In this document: positions 19,941-29,419 of the stretch, in pieces
How positions within the stretch are numbered: the first letter of the stretch is position 1
Layout: each line of letters begins with the position of its first letter
Source of the DNA: Candidatus Kaiserbacteria bacterium RIFCSPHIGHO2_01_FULL_53_31
Lineage (GTDB): Bacteria > Patescibacteriota > Minisyncoccia > Phycocordibacterales > Phycocordibacteraceae
Direction of reading: 5' to 3'
DNA length: 64,000 nucleotides
NCBI GenBank assembly: GCA_001781095.1
Contig: MFKU01000010.1
Location: 14,254-78,253, forward strand
Notes under the pieces: generated by a model
Told to the model about the DNA's origin: nothing
Seen by the model: only the letters and a program-made list of their open reading frames with translations
Databases searched by the model: none
Position numbers and translations under genes: made by a program

Positions 19941-20711
19941 TTACGACGCGGCCTTCCTTACTTTTTTATGTGCGACGAGAAGTTGCTTACCAGCGTTTTC
20001 TCGATACGTGCAGTAGTCGCAGGGTCCTCCACCAAAGGCGGTACCCATCGGCGGGATTTCATCGCTCACGAGCATTTCTTTCATCGCGAGGATCGTCTGT
20101 TCAACCCAGGTATCACTGCCCGCGTACGGGATAAGCACGATATCGAACTCCAGTTTACCGTCAAAGGCCTTCGCGTCTGACTTGCCGTTTGCGTATACGA
20201 AATAACCCGTTGGCGAGACATTGAACCCATTTCTGCGGAAGAGCCATTGGTAAATCTCCATCTGCCGTTTGTAGGAATCGTAGAGATCATCTTCGGACGA
20301 CGGGCCTTCTTTTTTGCTCGTCGCTTTGTAGTCAACGATGATGAGTTCGCCTGCCGGATTGACCCAAACGTCGTCGATACCGCCGCGTATGAAGAGATTT
20401 GTCGGTTTGTGCAGATAGTTGATACCGCGACGCAGCGCATCGCGCCACCCGTCGAGACGATCGTCCGCCAGTGGCACTGCATCAACGTCATACTGTGACA
20501 TGAGAGGATGCGCCGTGCCATTTGCCCGATGCACATCGAACTCACGCTTAAAGAGTTCGTCAACCGCGTTGTTCAGCGTGAATGCGGGACCGGACGGTCG
20601 TTTGACCCCATAGCGCAGATCGAGAAACGCGCAGCGCGGGCATTCTGAAAAGAGATCGATCTTTGATCGACTTACTTTAAACGGTTCTTTTGAAGCAGGA
20701 TCAAACGCCAT
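19941..20711 (-). CDS. PD-(D/E)XK nuclease, Cas4/AddB-like
   Basis: SRSKI...ECPRC, GGIDD, IVDYK, QMEIY, C-terminal CDYC. Confidence 0.85.
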   Translation of the reverse strand: MAFDPASKEPFKVSRSKIDLFSECPRCAFLDLRYGVKRPSGPAFTLNNAVDELFKREFDVHRANGTAHPLMSQYDVDAVPLADDRLDGWRDALRRGINYLHKPTNLFIRGGIDDVWVNPAGELIIVDYKATSKKEGPSSEDDLYDSYKRQMEIYQWLFRRNGFNVSPTGYFVYANGKSDAKAFDGKLEFDIVLIPYAGSDTWVEQTILAMKEMLVSDEIPPMGTAFGGGPCDYCTYRENAGKQLLVAHKKVRKAAS

Positions 20712-21585
20712 ATGATTCAGCGGCAACGACGTCAGCAGTTACGTGTGGGAGAGCGAGCAGACCGTCGGCCTCGGCGAGCAGTTCACCCGTGCGCTCGCCC
20801 GAAAGATGTAATGCATCCAGCGTACGGCGATCACGTAAAACTTCATCGACTGCGATCGTGCCCTGCTCGATGAGAATGCGTTTCTCTGCGCGCGTGAGAC
20901 CGGTGAGCGCCGTCACGGGATACACGCTTGCACGGCTCATGCGCATGAAGAGACTATCTTGCATTGGATAGCCCCAGCCGAGGAGCTCAACACCGGCGCA
21001 TTCGGCGTACGCGATTGCTTCTGTTGTAAATTTTGTATTCGTGACGAGGAGGCCGCGATCGATTGGACAGGCGCGAGCAGTGGCATCACAATTGAAAATG
21101 TCGTCGAACCGGCTCTTCACATATAACGCAACTTTCAGATCTGTTTTGTAGCCGGGATCATTGTGATATTTGAGTTCGGCAGCGAGATGTACGCCCTGAT
21201 CCTTGTGCGATGCGTAGAAGTCGACCTCGTGCGAGACGCAATGTCCTTTTATTATCTTGCGCGTCTCGACCTGCCACCCGTCTGCACGATAGAGATGGGA
21301 GATGAAATCCTCAAACGGGTGCCCCGTGGGGCCAAGTTCGAAGAGCGCGCGGCGAAGCGCATATCGCGCGGCAATCGGTCGCGCTTCTCTGCGCAGCAGT
21401 GTGAACGCACGTGTGTACACCTCACGCGAAGAAGCTCCTTGCGTGACTGTATTGGAGATGGTTTCAGCGATTCGCTCTGCCGTATGCGCTCCTGCGCCGG
21501 CCCGCTTGAGTGACGAGACGAGCCGTATCGGGTCGAAAGTTTCTGTTGTTCCGTCGGCTTTGCGTATGGCAGGCAAAGGCGTCAT
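20701..21585 (-). CDS. ATP-cone domain fused to a restriction-endonuclease-like (Mrr-type) domain
   Basis: IRKADGTTETFD ATP-cone start; GPTGHPFE, HEVD...ELK, LVTNTKFT, LLGWGYP. Confidence 0.8.
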   Translation of the reverse strand: MTPLPAIRKADGTTETFDPIRLVSSLKRAGAGAHTAERIAETISNTVTQGASSREVYTRAFTLLRREARPIAARYALRRALFELGPTGHPFEDFISHLYRADGWQVETRKIIKGHCVSHEVDFYASHKDQGVHLAAELKYHNDPGYKTDLKVALYVKSRFDDIFNCDATARACPIDRGLLVTNTKFTTEAIAYAECAGVELLGWGYPMQDSLFMRMSRASVYPVTALTGLTRAEKRILIEQGTIAVDEVLRDRRTLDALHLSGERTGELLAEADGLLALPHVTADVVAAESYGV

Positions 21586-21995
21586 AGAACGGTCGTCGTC
21601 GCATCCATACCGTTCACGGTCGCTGTTATAGGGAGACCAGCTTGTCCGGTCACGGTCGTTGAGAAATCCAGAGACGTCGGCACCTGTAGACAGATGCCCT
21701 CGTCGACAGAAAGCGTAATCGCAACATGAATTCTCTCAGTACTGGACGCATCGCCGGTGAGTGTCGCATTCGAGCTAGCTCGACTGCAGACATTCGGCGC
21801 ATCAACAGAGCCAGTGATGGTATGCACGCCTTTCTTAAACGTGTCCCGAAGCGTGACGGTGGGTACCGTTGTCGCGGTGGCCGCTTGCTTGGCAACGCTC
21901 GCGCCGTCGCGCACGCTCGGAACCGAGATGATGAATCCGACGATCACAATGCTCGCAATAATAGCTGCAGCCGCCCAAAGACGCGTATGACTCAT
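21582..21995 (-). CDS. Hypothetical exported protein
   Basis: N-terminal TM helix, two Cys; 4-nt overlaps with both neighbours. Confidence 0.7.
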   Translation of the reverse strand: MSHTRLWAAAAIIASIVIVGFIISVPSVRDGASVAKQAATATTVPTVTLRDTFKKGVHTITGSVDAPNVCSRASSNATLTGDASSTERIHVAITLSVDEGICLQVPTSLDFSTTVTGQAGLPITATVNGMDATTTVL

Positions 21996-22993
21996 GCGGC
22001 AATAATACCACCACCGATGAGATTGCCGCTATGGTAGAAAACCATCGATTGACCGGGCGCAGGGATCTCCGGCAATTCATCCGAAGAAACAAACACATTA
22101 TTCCTGATTTCGCCGCGAATATGGGGACCGCGGTAACGATACTGAGCTTCTATCGCGCCCTTAGGTCTTGCGAACCAGTTCTCATGAACAATCAGTATTT
22201 CTTTTTTTGTACGGATGCCTCCCGAAATGCGTTCTTTCCCCACCATCAGCTGATTCAGTGAAATATTCTTCGCATGGACAAACCATGGGCCGGGCTCTGT
22301 TGCCCCGACGAGCACGACACGCTCGCCAAGTGTATGCAATAAAACTCCGTTATGCGTGCCGACCATGCGACCACTCTGATCAATCGCTTCGCCCGGAGCC
22401 TCTCCGAATTCAGCTCGCAAGAATTCTTCAATAGAAATTGAACCCAAGAAGCACACTCCCTGGCTGTCTCGCTTTTCCGCAACCGGCAGTTTGAACGTAT
22501 GTGCGAGCGCACGTACCGTGTCTTTTTCGAAATCGCCAACGGGAAAAATCGTTTTCTCCAGAATGTCTTTTGGTACCGCCCAGAGGAAATAGCTCTGATC
22601 TTTCTCGCCCGAGCGGTAATGACCCATTGCGATAGCGTCGGCGCCGGCCGCCTTCGCGTACCGATAGAACGCGCCAAACTTCACTTCCCTGTTGCACATC
22701 ACATCGGGATTCGGCGTTCGACCGGCGCGGTATTCCGATAGCAAATAATCAATAACACCACTCTTGTACTCTGCGCTCGCGTCCAGTGTCCGGAAAGGGA
22801 TCTGGAGTCGCGCCGCTGTACGCATCGCGTCGCGGCGGTCCTCTGTCCATGTGCATGGCATCCCGGGCGGATACCAGCCCTTAATAAACACCCCCGTCAC
22901 CTGCGCTCCCGCCTCTCTCAACAGCGCAGCCGACACGGCCGAGTCCACGCCCCCCGAGAGTCCCGCAAACACATTCTTCCCTTTCACGTTCAT
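21992..22993 (-). CDS. mnmA: tRNA 2-thiouridylase MnmA
   Basis: SGGVDS, TPNPDVMCN, KDQSYFL, DSQGVCF, PGQSMVFY. Confidence 0.95.
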   Translation of the reverse strand: MNVKGKNVFAGLSGGVDSAVSAALLREAGAQVTGVFIKGWYPPGMPCTWTEDRRDAMRTAARLQIPFRTLDASAEYKSGVIDYLLSEYRAGRTPNPDVMCNREVKFGAFYRYAKAAGADAIAMGHYRSGEKDQSYFLWAVPKDILEKTIFPVGDFEKDTVRALAHTFKLPVAEKRDSQGVCFLGSISIEEFLRAEFGEAPGEAIDQSGRMVGTHNGVLLHTLGERVVLVGATEPGPWFVHAKNISLNQLMVGKERISGGIRTKKEILIVHENWFARPKGAIEAQYRYRGPHIRGEIRNNVFVSSDELPEIPAPGQSMVFYHSGNLIGGGIIAA

Positions 22994-22995
22994 AT

Positions 22996-23937
22996 TTATT
23001 TCAAATACTTATTTCGATTGGCTTGATGGCCGGCGAAGGTCGTTGCGTAATGCATCAAGGTATCACTGCCAGTGAGGTAGTACAAATAATTAGTTTCTGC
23101 TGGATGCAATGCCGCGTTGATTGATTCGATGCCCGGGTTCGCGATGGGGCCGGGCGGCAATCCTTTGTGCGTGTAGGTGTTGTACGGCGAATTAACGCGG
23201 AGATCCGTAAGTGATGGTGAATACGTATCGCGCTCAAAAATATAACCGAAAACGGCATCGACTTGGAGCGGCATGCCCCTCTCGAGACGATTCCATAGAA
23301 TACCCGCCACCATGCGCTTGCTCTCTTCCGTGCGCGCTTCCTTCTCGATAAGCGACGCCATAATGACAATGTCAGAAAGTGGGCGATGCGACGCAGTAAT
23401 CTCTTCACTGATGAGTGCAGTGTTCATGTCGAAATTCGCGCGCATGACCGCAACGATAGCTGCCGCATCCGCAGATGGCGAGAAGAAATACGTGTCGGGG
23501 AACAAATACCCTTCATACTGTTTCGCCACCGTGAGGAATTCTTCCGCCGATATTCCGGGCAGGGCGGCTGCTACCTGCTTTGCCGTCTCGCGTACGGTTG
23601 TTCCCTCTTCAAAGGTGATGCGCGTGAGCGGCAACCCATAATCGGCCGCAAGCAATCGGCGGATGATTCTGAAGAGACTCTCGGGGGTATTGAAGCGGTA
23701 GGTCCCCGCATGCACTGCCCCGTCATATCCTGCGACGCGTAATATGATCCGAAGCGGCGTGGCGTAGGCGATGACGTCTGCACGCGCGAGTTTTTCGGCA
23801 ATGGCAGACGCGGACGATCCCTTTTCAATACTGACCGTGCCCGGGACGAAATCAGGCGGCAATGAAATAACGATGCTGCCACCCACTAATACGAGTGCAA
23901 CGCCAACAGCCGTCATCCGCCGCGTAAAGAATTCCAT
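22996..23937 (-). CDS. mltG: Endolytic transglycosylase MltG
   Basis: EGYLFPDTY, ASLIEKEA, PLQVDA, SPYNTY..GLPPGPIANPG; start ATG 23937. Confidence 0.93.
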   Translation of the reverse strand: MEFFTRRMTAVGVALVLVGGSIVISLPPDFVPGTVSIEKGSSASAIAEKLARADVIAYATPLRIILRVAGYDGAVHAGTYRFNTPESLFRIIRRLLAADYGLPLTRITFEEGTTVRETAKQVAAALPGISAEEFLTVAKQYEGYLFPDTYFFSPSADAAAIVAVMRANFDMNTALISEEITASHRPLSDIVIMASLIEKEARTEESKRMVAGILWNRLERGMPLQVDAVFGYIFERDTYSPSLTDLRVNSPYNTYTHKGLPPGPIANPGIESINAALHPAETNYLYYLTGSDTLMHYATTFAGHQANRNKYLK

Positions 23938-23944
23938 GCAATGG

Positions 23945-25291
23945 TTAGAGAGGCAGATTCGCCGGAGCTTCACTCGTGGCCGACTGAATGCGTTCGAGAC
24001 TCGGTGTCTCAACCGCACGCGACGGTATGTGGAAGATGGTCGCGAGTTCTTCGGTGCTCATCACCATTTCCTTGCCCACTGCCGGCTCATAGAAAAATTG
24101 GCGACGCCGATACGCGTCAATAATCCCGCGACGAAAATGATCTTTAAGCTTCGCGGCACCGATTTCCCAGGGATAATCGTCGAACTTTGCGAGCCAACCA
24201 GTGTGCTTCATGCCATTCCACCCCTCAGACGAGAATTGTTTAAAGAGGCCCGTCATGCCCGCGATGACGGTAACATCAAACTTCCCTTGCTCGACGATAT
24301 ATACCGCACGTGCGCCGACATCAAAAGCGAGTTTCGAAACGTTGCGCTCGATGGCGGCAATCTTTTCCGACTGGCCCTTCGTCGGGTTCGGGAATCCCGG
24401 GCGCTCTTCGCCGGTCACGGGATCGACGTACGGATCGCGAGTCTCCTTCCGAATGTTCGCAACAAGTTCTAACGCTTCATCCTTCCAGGTATAGGGCTTA
24501 CCCGCTTTATTAAGCTTGTTGTATTTCTCGCCCTTATGCATGCGGATGACGAGTTGGAGCCAGAGATATTCGCCCTTCCGCATCGATCCCATGAATTCGA
24601 CTAGGTTCGCGAGCGGGTCGACTTGTTCGGGCTCCTTCTGGACTTTATCGAGTCCATACTCGACATACGTTTTAATCGGTATTGGATCTTTCTCCGTGTA
24701 TTTGAAATCGCAGCCCCAGATACTCCACTCTTCGGGAGTCGCGGTCAGAAACCGTGTGTAATCCTGCGCTTCGACAATCTGCGTCCCCGGGTACTGCGCA
24801 TACATCTGTGCTTCGATGAGACGACGGAAGTTTGCCCGCGTCCAAATATAGAAATGCACCTGGCCCTCGAACGAAGCTATCTCAAGAGAGAACCACGGGC
24901 GCGTCGCGCCCTTCCAATATTTGATATACCACGTGCCCTCGCCGCCCCCGATATGCAGGCCAGAGAGAAACGCCTCCATGGCGAGCGGCGTCTTCACGAG
25001 ATTGCGTGGCGGTTTGATCTCGAGCAGGACATGCTTCTGTTTCGCGGTAAATTCTGAACGGCGGAAAATGACCCAGATTGTCCACGCGCTACCGATAATG
25101 AGCACCGGCAGCCAGAGGGGTGCGAGGAAGAGCGCCATCGAGAGAGCAAGCGAAACGACCTTCGGCATGAACACAGCCGCCATAAAGAGAAGTGCGAGAC
25201 CGAGAATAAAAAGAGGCCATGGCTGGAGCCGTACGCCGAATGTATCTTTCAGTTCGTCCGCTTTCTCATCAATTTTCGAAAACAACCCCAT
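23945..25291 (-). CDS. Conserved hypothetical membrane-anchored protein (resembles the N-terminal region of CPR VirD4/TraG-like proteins, without the ATPase)
   Basis: Two TM helices; LLEIKPPR...AME, FSLEIAS, AQYP, YVEY, STEELATIFHIP, EAPANLP. Family link is recollection, not searched. Confidence 0.6.
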   Translation of the reverse strand: MGLFSKIDEKADELKDTFGVRLQPWPLFILGLALLFMAAVFMPKVVSLALSMALFLAPLWLPVLIIGSAWTIWVIFRRSEFTAKQKHVLLEIKPPRNLVKTPLAMEAFLSGLHIGGGEGTWYIKYWKGATRPWFSLEIASFEGQVHFYIWTRANFRRLIEAQMYAQYPGTQIVEAQDYTRFLTATPEEWSIWGCDFKYTEKDPIPIKTYVEYGLDKVQKEPEQVDPLANLVEFMGSMRKGEYLWLQLVIRMHKGEKYNKLNKAGKPYTWKDEALELVANIRKETRDPYVDPVTGEERPGFPNPTKGQSEKIAAIERNVSKLAFDVGARAVYIVEQGKFDVTVIAGMTGLFKQFSSEGWNGMKHTGWLAKFDDYPWEIGAAKLKDHFRRGIIDAYRRRQFFYEPAVGKEMVMSTEELATIFHIPSRAVETPSLERIQSATSEAPANLPL

Positions 25292-25400
25292 GGTTATGTC
25301 ATACAGTATACCCGAGCACTAACCGTAATCGAAGCGCTCGCGTGCACAACCAGTAATGATGCAACCATAGAAATAATCGGTTAGTGCTGGGTATACCAAC

Positions 25401-25426
25401 AAAAACGGCGCTGCCAGCGCCGTTTT
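25401..25426 (-). terminator. Terminator after the sigma-like HTH gene
   Basis: aaaaacggcgct-gcc-agcgccgtttt. Confidence 0.75.
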
Positions 25427-26500
25427 CTACACAACCGAGTAGCGGCCGTCCTTCAGGCGCTTGAAATGTCGAGGGTCGTTCAGATTAACGAGAATGGTGT
25501 TGTCCTTGACGAAGCGCGCGCGTCGCACATGCTTGATGATCTCGTCTTTCTTCAACGGGCCATTCTTCTCGAGCACTTCGTGGATAACGTCGCGCACGAC
25601 GCCAGGAGTGTAGCCCCATTCGGTAAGTGCATAAAGGCCGCGGCCAACGAGTACAAAGCGAGGATCCTTGATGAGCTCGTTATGTGTCGTCGCGATGTGC
25701 GCCTTCTTAGAGAAGAGTGCGCTGATTGCCTTCGAGACTTCAGAGAAGTGCATCGGGGAGCCGTGGCGCTTGATAGCAAGATAGGCGTAGTCGCGGATGC
25801 CTTTTATGCGGATGGCCGGTGCAGTCGCGCGACCCCACTCGGCGAGCGGGTTGCTGCCGATGTGCTTGGAGAGCGTGAGCCAACGTTTCAGAACCTCCTC
25901 ATTCTTATACGCATCGTTGACTCCCTTGAGTTCGTCGAGGAAGCGATCAAGAAGCTCTCCCTCTGGGAACACATCGTCATCTTTGAGCGAGGAATAGAGC
26001 CTAGTGAGCGCCTCGTGGATCTTCTTTGCAGTCGCGGCGTCCACGTGCCAGCGCGCGAGGAACTCGTCAGTCTCACGTTCGCGAATAAATGCAGAGCCGA
26101 CGACGAGCAAGAAACGGAATCGGTTGCGCGTCTTGTCATCTTTCCCGAGCATGTTGAGAAGCGTATCTTCGGCCACGATGGCGCCAAGGGATTCGATGTA
26201 GCGCGCGAGCTCGCCAAACGCTGCGCCTGACTCCTTAAACACCTTGCTTCCGCGGATGGCAGAGAGTCCGGCGGCCTCAATCTGTCGAACGCGCTCGCGA
26301 GTAATATTCAAACGATCCCCGATGGCTTCAAGCGTCTCGCTCTTGGGGCTCGTGCCGAGGCCAAAACGCTGGATCAGCACCTTGCGCGAACGCTCGGACG
26401 CTGCGGCCAGGAGCCGCTTAACGAGGGCGGTGCTGTCGAACGAGAAAGAGGCGGTATTTGCGGCCTTTCCGTTCTTCTTTTTGTTAGTTATGACAGCCAT
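25427..26500 (-). CDS. Sigma-70 region-4 HTH protein with C-terminal HARE-HTH (RNAP delta-like) winged helices
   Basis: RFGL...TLEAIGDRLNITRERVRQIE; PMHFSEV...THNELIKDPRFVLVGRGLYAL.EWG. Confidence 0.8.
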   Translation of the reverse strand: MAVITNKKKNGKAANTASFSFDSTALVKRLLAAASERSRKVLIQRFGLGTSPKSETLEAIGDRLNITRERVRQIEAAGLSAIRGSKVFKESGAAFGELARYIESLGAIVAEDTLLNMLGKDDKTRNRFRFLLVVGSAFIRERETDEFLARWHVDAATAKKIHEALTRLYSSLKDDDVFPEGELLDRFLDELKGVNDAYKNEEVLKRWLTLSKHIGSNPLAEWGRATAPAIRIKGIRDYAYLAIKRHGSPMHFSEVSKAISALFSKKAHIATTHNELIKDPRFVLVGRGLYALTEWGYTPGVVRDVIHEVLEKNGPLKKDEIIKHVRRARFVKDNTILVNLNDPRHFKRLKDGRYSVV

Positions 26501-26546
26501 GTGTTGTAATTTATAGCAAACAGCTAATAGAAAGTCAATGCAACCC

Positions 26547-29384
26547 CTACCGGACTACTAGATTGATAATTTCCCCCGCCACATACACGATCCGCGTTGG
26601 CTCTTTACCCCCGAGTGCCATCGCTACGGCAGCAATTTTACGGGCCGCGGACACGGCATCAGCCTCGGGCGCATCTGGTGCGAGTGTTATCGAGCCGCGG
26701 CGTTTGCCGTTGACCTGCACCACAACCTCGATTTTAGTCGATACAAGAAGCTTCTCATCAAATTCTGGCCAGAGAGCGGTATGTATTGACTCTGTGTTTC
26801 CAAGCACTTCCCAAAGTTCTTCGGTAACATGCGGCGCAAACGGTGCTAACAATCGAAGATATTTGCTCCATTGTTCTTCTCCGATTGCCCCCTCCTTTTC
26901 CACGGCATTCAAGAAGATCATCATCTGGCTAACCGCCGTATTAAACTTGAAAGCCTCAATATCACTGCCGACCTTACGGATAGTCTCGTGCAAAAGAGTC
27001 TCGAAGCCCTTAACTGGCTCTTTGCGTACACGCTCGCGTAGATTCCAAAGCCGCTCGATGAATCGCGCAGTGCCCGCGATGGAGCTTGTGCTCCAAGCAG
27101 TCGTATTCTCGAACGGGCCCATGAACATCTCGTACATGCGGAAAGCATCAGCGCCATATTCCTCTACGACGTCATCCGGATTAATGACATTGCCGAGGCG
27201 CTTGCTCATTTTGCGTCCATCCTCAGCAAGGATGAATCCAAGGAATTCGAGTCGTGCAAAAGGTTCTGACGTACTCACCACACCAATGTCATAGAGGAAT
27301 TTGTGCCAGAACCGTGCATAAATAAGGTGACGAACCGCGTGGTCACCTCCGACGTACACATCCACCGGCGCCCAATACTTCTCTTTTTTCGATGACACGA
27401 GTTGATGTGCCTCGTGTGGGTCCATAAAGCGCAAGTAATACCAGGATGAACCAGCCCACTGCGGCATTGTATTGGTCTCGCGCTTCGCTGACCCACCGCA
27501 CTTAGGACACTTTACATTTACCCAGGCATCTATCTCTGCGAGTGGTGACTCTCCCGTCCCGGTCGGTTCGTAGGATTCAACTTCAGGTAGTACCACGGGC
27601 AAGTCTTCATAGGGTACGGGCACGACACCATCTTTAGGGCAGTGGACCACTGGAATCGGTTCGCCCCAGTAGCGCTGACGCGAGAAAACCCAATCGCGGA
27701 GCTTGTATCGAGTCACCTTCTTCCCTCCTACGGCTGCAACAATCTCGTCTTTAGCCTTTTCACTCTCCTGTCCATTAAACTGGTCTGAATTAGTAAGTAT
27801 TCCAGGTTCTGTCCAGACAAAATCATTATTATCGAGCAGATTGCGAGTGAAATCTCCCTCAAAAACGGTGAAGAAATCTTTTAGCTCATCTCTTTTCTTC
27901 CAGACGACCTCATGTAATGCTGCTTCCTTTTCATCCACAAGATCTCTCTCTTCGTTTTCAAGTTCAAAAAAGACGTAATGGAAATGCGCCCATCGGTTCT
28001 GTTTCTTCACGCGGTGGTAGAAGAATGTATTTATCATGACCTCTGGACGCTCGATATGTTTGAGATTCTTGTACCCTGTTTCTTCCCTTATCTCACGCCG
28101 CGCCGTCTCGACGTGATCTTCGCCATCATCAATGCCGCCAGTCACGAGCCCATGCATGAGTACATTTTTCCAGCTGATACAGAGATACGAATCGTCTTTA
28201 GGGTTCCGAACAATTGCACAGACTGCTTCGCGCTTCACGATCTCTTCGTCAGGTCGCAGTCTGGCATCACTTTCCTCCACTGCAACAAACTTAGGCTCCA
28301 CGACATGACGTACGGGTAGATTAAATTTCTGCGCGAATTCGAAATCGCGTTCGTCGTGTGCCGGCACGGCCATAATGGCGCCCGTGCCGTATGAGCCAAG
28401 AACGTAGTCAGCAACGAAGACAGGAATCTCTTCTTTTGTTGCTGGATTGATCGCCGTAACACCTTCTAGTTTAACCCCTGTCTTCTCCTTCCCTTCTGAA
28501 CCACGTTCAATTTCAGTTTTAGAAAACGCTGCCGTAACATACTCGCTCACTTCATGTGCATTCGTGATGTGCCCGCTAGTAGAGAGTTTCTCAATGAGCG
28601 CGTGTTCGGGCGCAAGTACTAGATACGTTGCACCAAATATCGTATCCGGACGCGTCGTGAATACCGATACTGTCTCCTCCCCCACTGCGAAGTTAATTTC
28701 TGCACCCTCTGAACGTCCAATCCAGTTGCGCTGTGCTTCTTTAATATGCTCTGGCCAGTTAAGTTGATCTAGGTCTTTGAGCATCCGGTCAGCATAATCA
28801 GTGATCTTCAGCACCCACTGCGGTAACTTCTTTTTTATTACCGGCGTTCCACAACGTTCACAGACGTTTCCATCAAGGTCCTCATTAGCGAGTCCCGTCA
28901 TGCACGAAGGACACCAGTTGATCGGCTCATCTGATTGGAATGCGAGCCCGTGTTCGAGCATCTTGAGGAAGATCCATTGTGTCCAATGGTAGTAGCTTGG
29001 ATCGGTCGTATTGATCTCTCGCGACCAATCATAGTTAAAGCCAATCTTCTCGAGTTGCGCTTTGAACGTCGCAATGTTCTGCTCGACTGCCTTTCGCGGA
29101 TGCGTCTTGTTCTTCAAGGCGAAGTTCTCGGCAGGGAGACCGAAGGCATCCCATCCCATAGGGTGCAGTACCGAGAAGCCGCGCATCTTTGAGAATCTTG
29201 AATAGATGTCAGTTGCGATATACCCCTTTGGGTGACCAACATGAAGTCCCTCACCAGACGGGTACGGGAACATGTCGAGCACATACTTCTTCTCTTTCTT
29301 TGAATCCTCTTCTGTTTTGTATAGATCGAGCTTCGCCCATTTTTCTTGAGCTTTTTTCTCTATTTCTGAATGGTCGTACGCCAT
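26547..29384 (-). CDS. leuS: Leucine--tRNA ligase with inserted NUDIX domain
   Basis: MFPYPSGEGLHVGH, FTTRPDT editing domain, KMSKR; insert GGIDDGEDHVETARREIREETG. Confidence 0.97.
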   Translation of the reverse strand: MAYDHSEIEKKAQEKWAKLDLYKTEEDSKKEKKYVLDMFPYPSGEGLHVGHPKGYIATDIYSRFSKMRGFSVLHPMGWDAFGLPAENFALKNKTHPRKAVEQNIATFKAQLEKIGFNYDWSREINTTDPSYYHWTQWIFLKMLEHGLAFQSDEPINWCPSCMTGLANEDLDGNVCERCGTPVIKKKLPQWVLKITDYADRMLKDLDQLNWPEHIKEAQRNWIGRSEGAEINFAVGEETVSVFTTRPDTIFGATYLVLAPEHALIEKLSTSGHITNAHEVSEYVTAAFSKTEIERGSEGKEKTGVKLEGVTAINPATKEEIPVFVADYVLGSYGTGAIMAVPAHDERDFEFAQKFNLPVRHVVEPKFVAVEESDARLRPDEEIVKREAVCAIVRNPKDDSYLCISWKNVLMHGLVTGGIDDGEDHVETARREIREETGYKNLKHIERPEVMINTFFYHRVKKQNRWAHFHYVFFELENEERDLVDEKEAALHEVVWKKRDELKDFFTVFEGDFTRNLLDNNDFVWTEPGILTNSDQFNGQESEKAKDEIVAAVGGKKVTRYKLRDWVFSRQRYWGEPIPVVHCPKDGVVPVPYEDLPVVLPEVESYEPTGTGESPLAEIDAWVNVKCPKCGGSAKRETNTMPQWAGSSWYYLRFMDPHEAHQLVSSKKEKYWAPVDVYVGGDHAVRHLIYARFWHKFLYDIGVVSTSEPFARLEFLGFILAEDGRKMSKRLGNVINPDDVVEEYGADAFRMYEMFMGPFENTTAWSTSSIAGTARFIERLWNLRERVRKEPVKGFETLLHETIRKVGSDIEAFKFNTAVSQMMIFLNAVEKEGAIGEEQWSKYLRLLAPFAPHVTEELWEVLGNTESIHTALWPEFDEKLLVSTKIEVVVQVNGKRRGSITLAPDAPEADAVSAARKIAAVAMALGGKEPTRIVYVAGEIINLVVR

Positions 29385-29419
29385 GACTTAGTACAGAGTT
29401 CAACCTTGGAATTCAGAAT

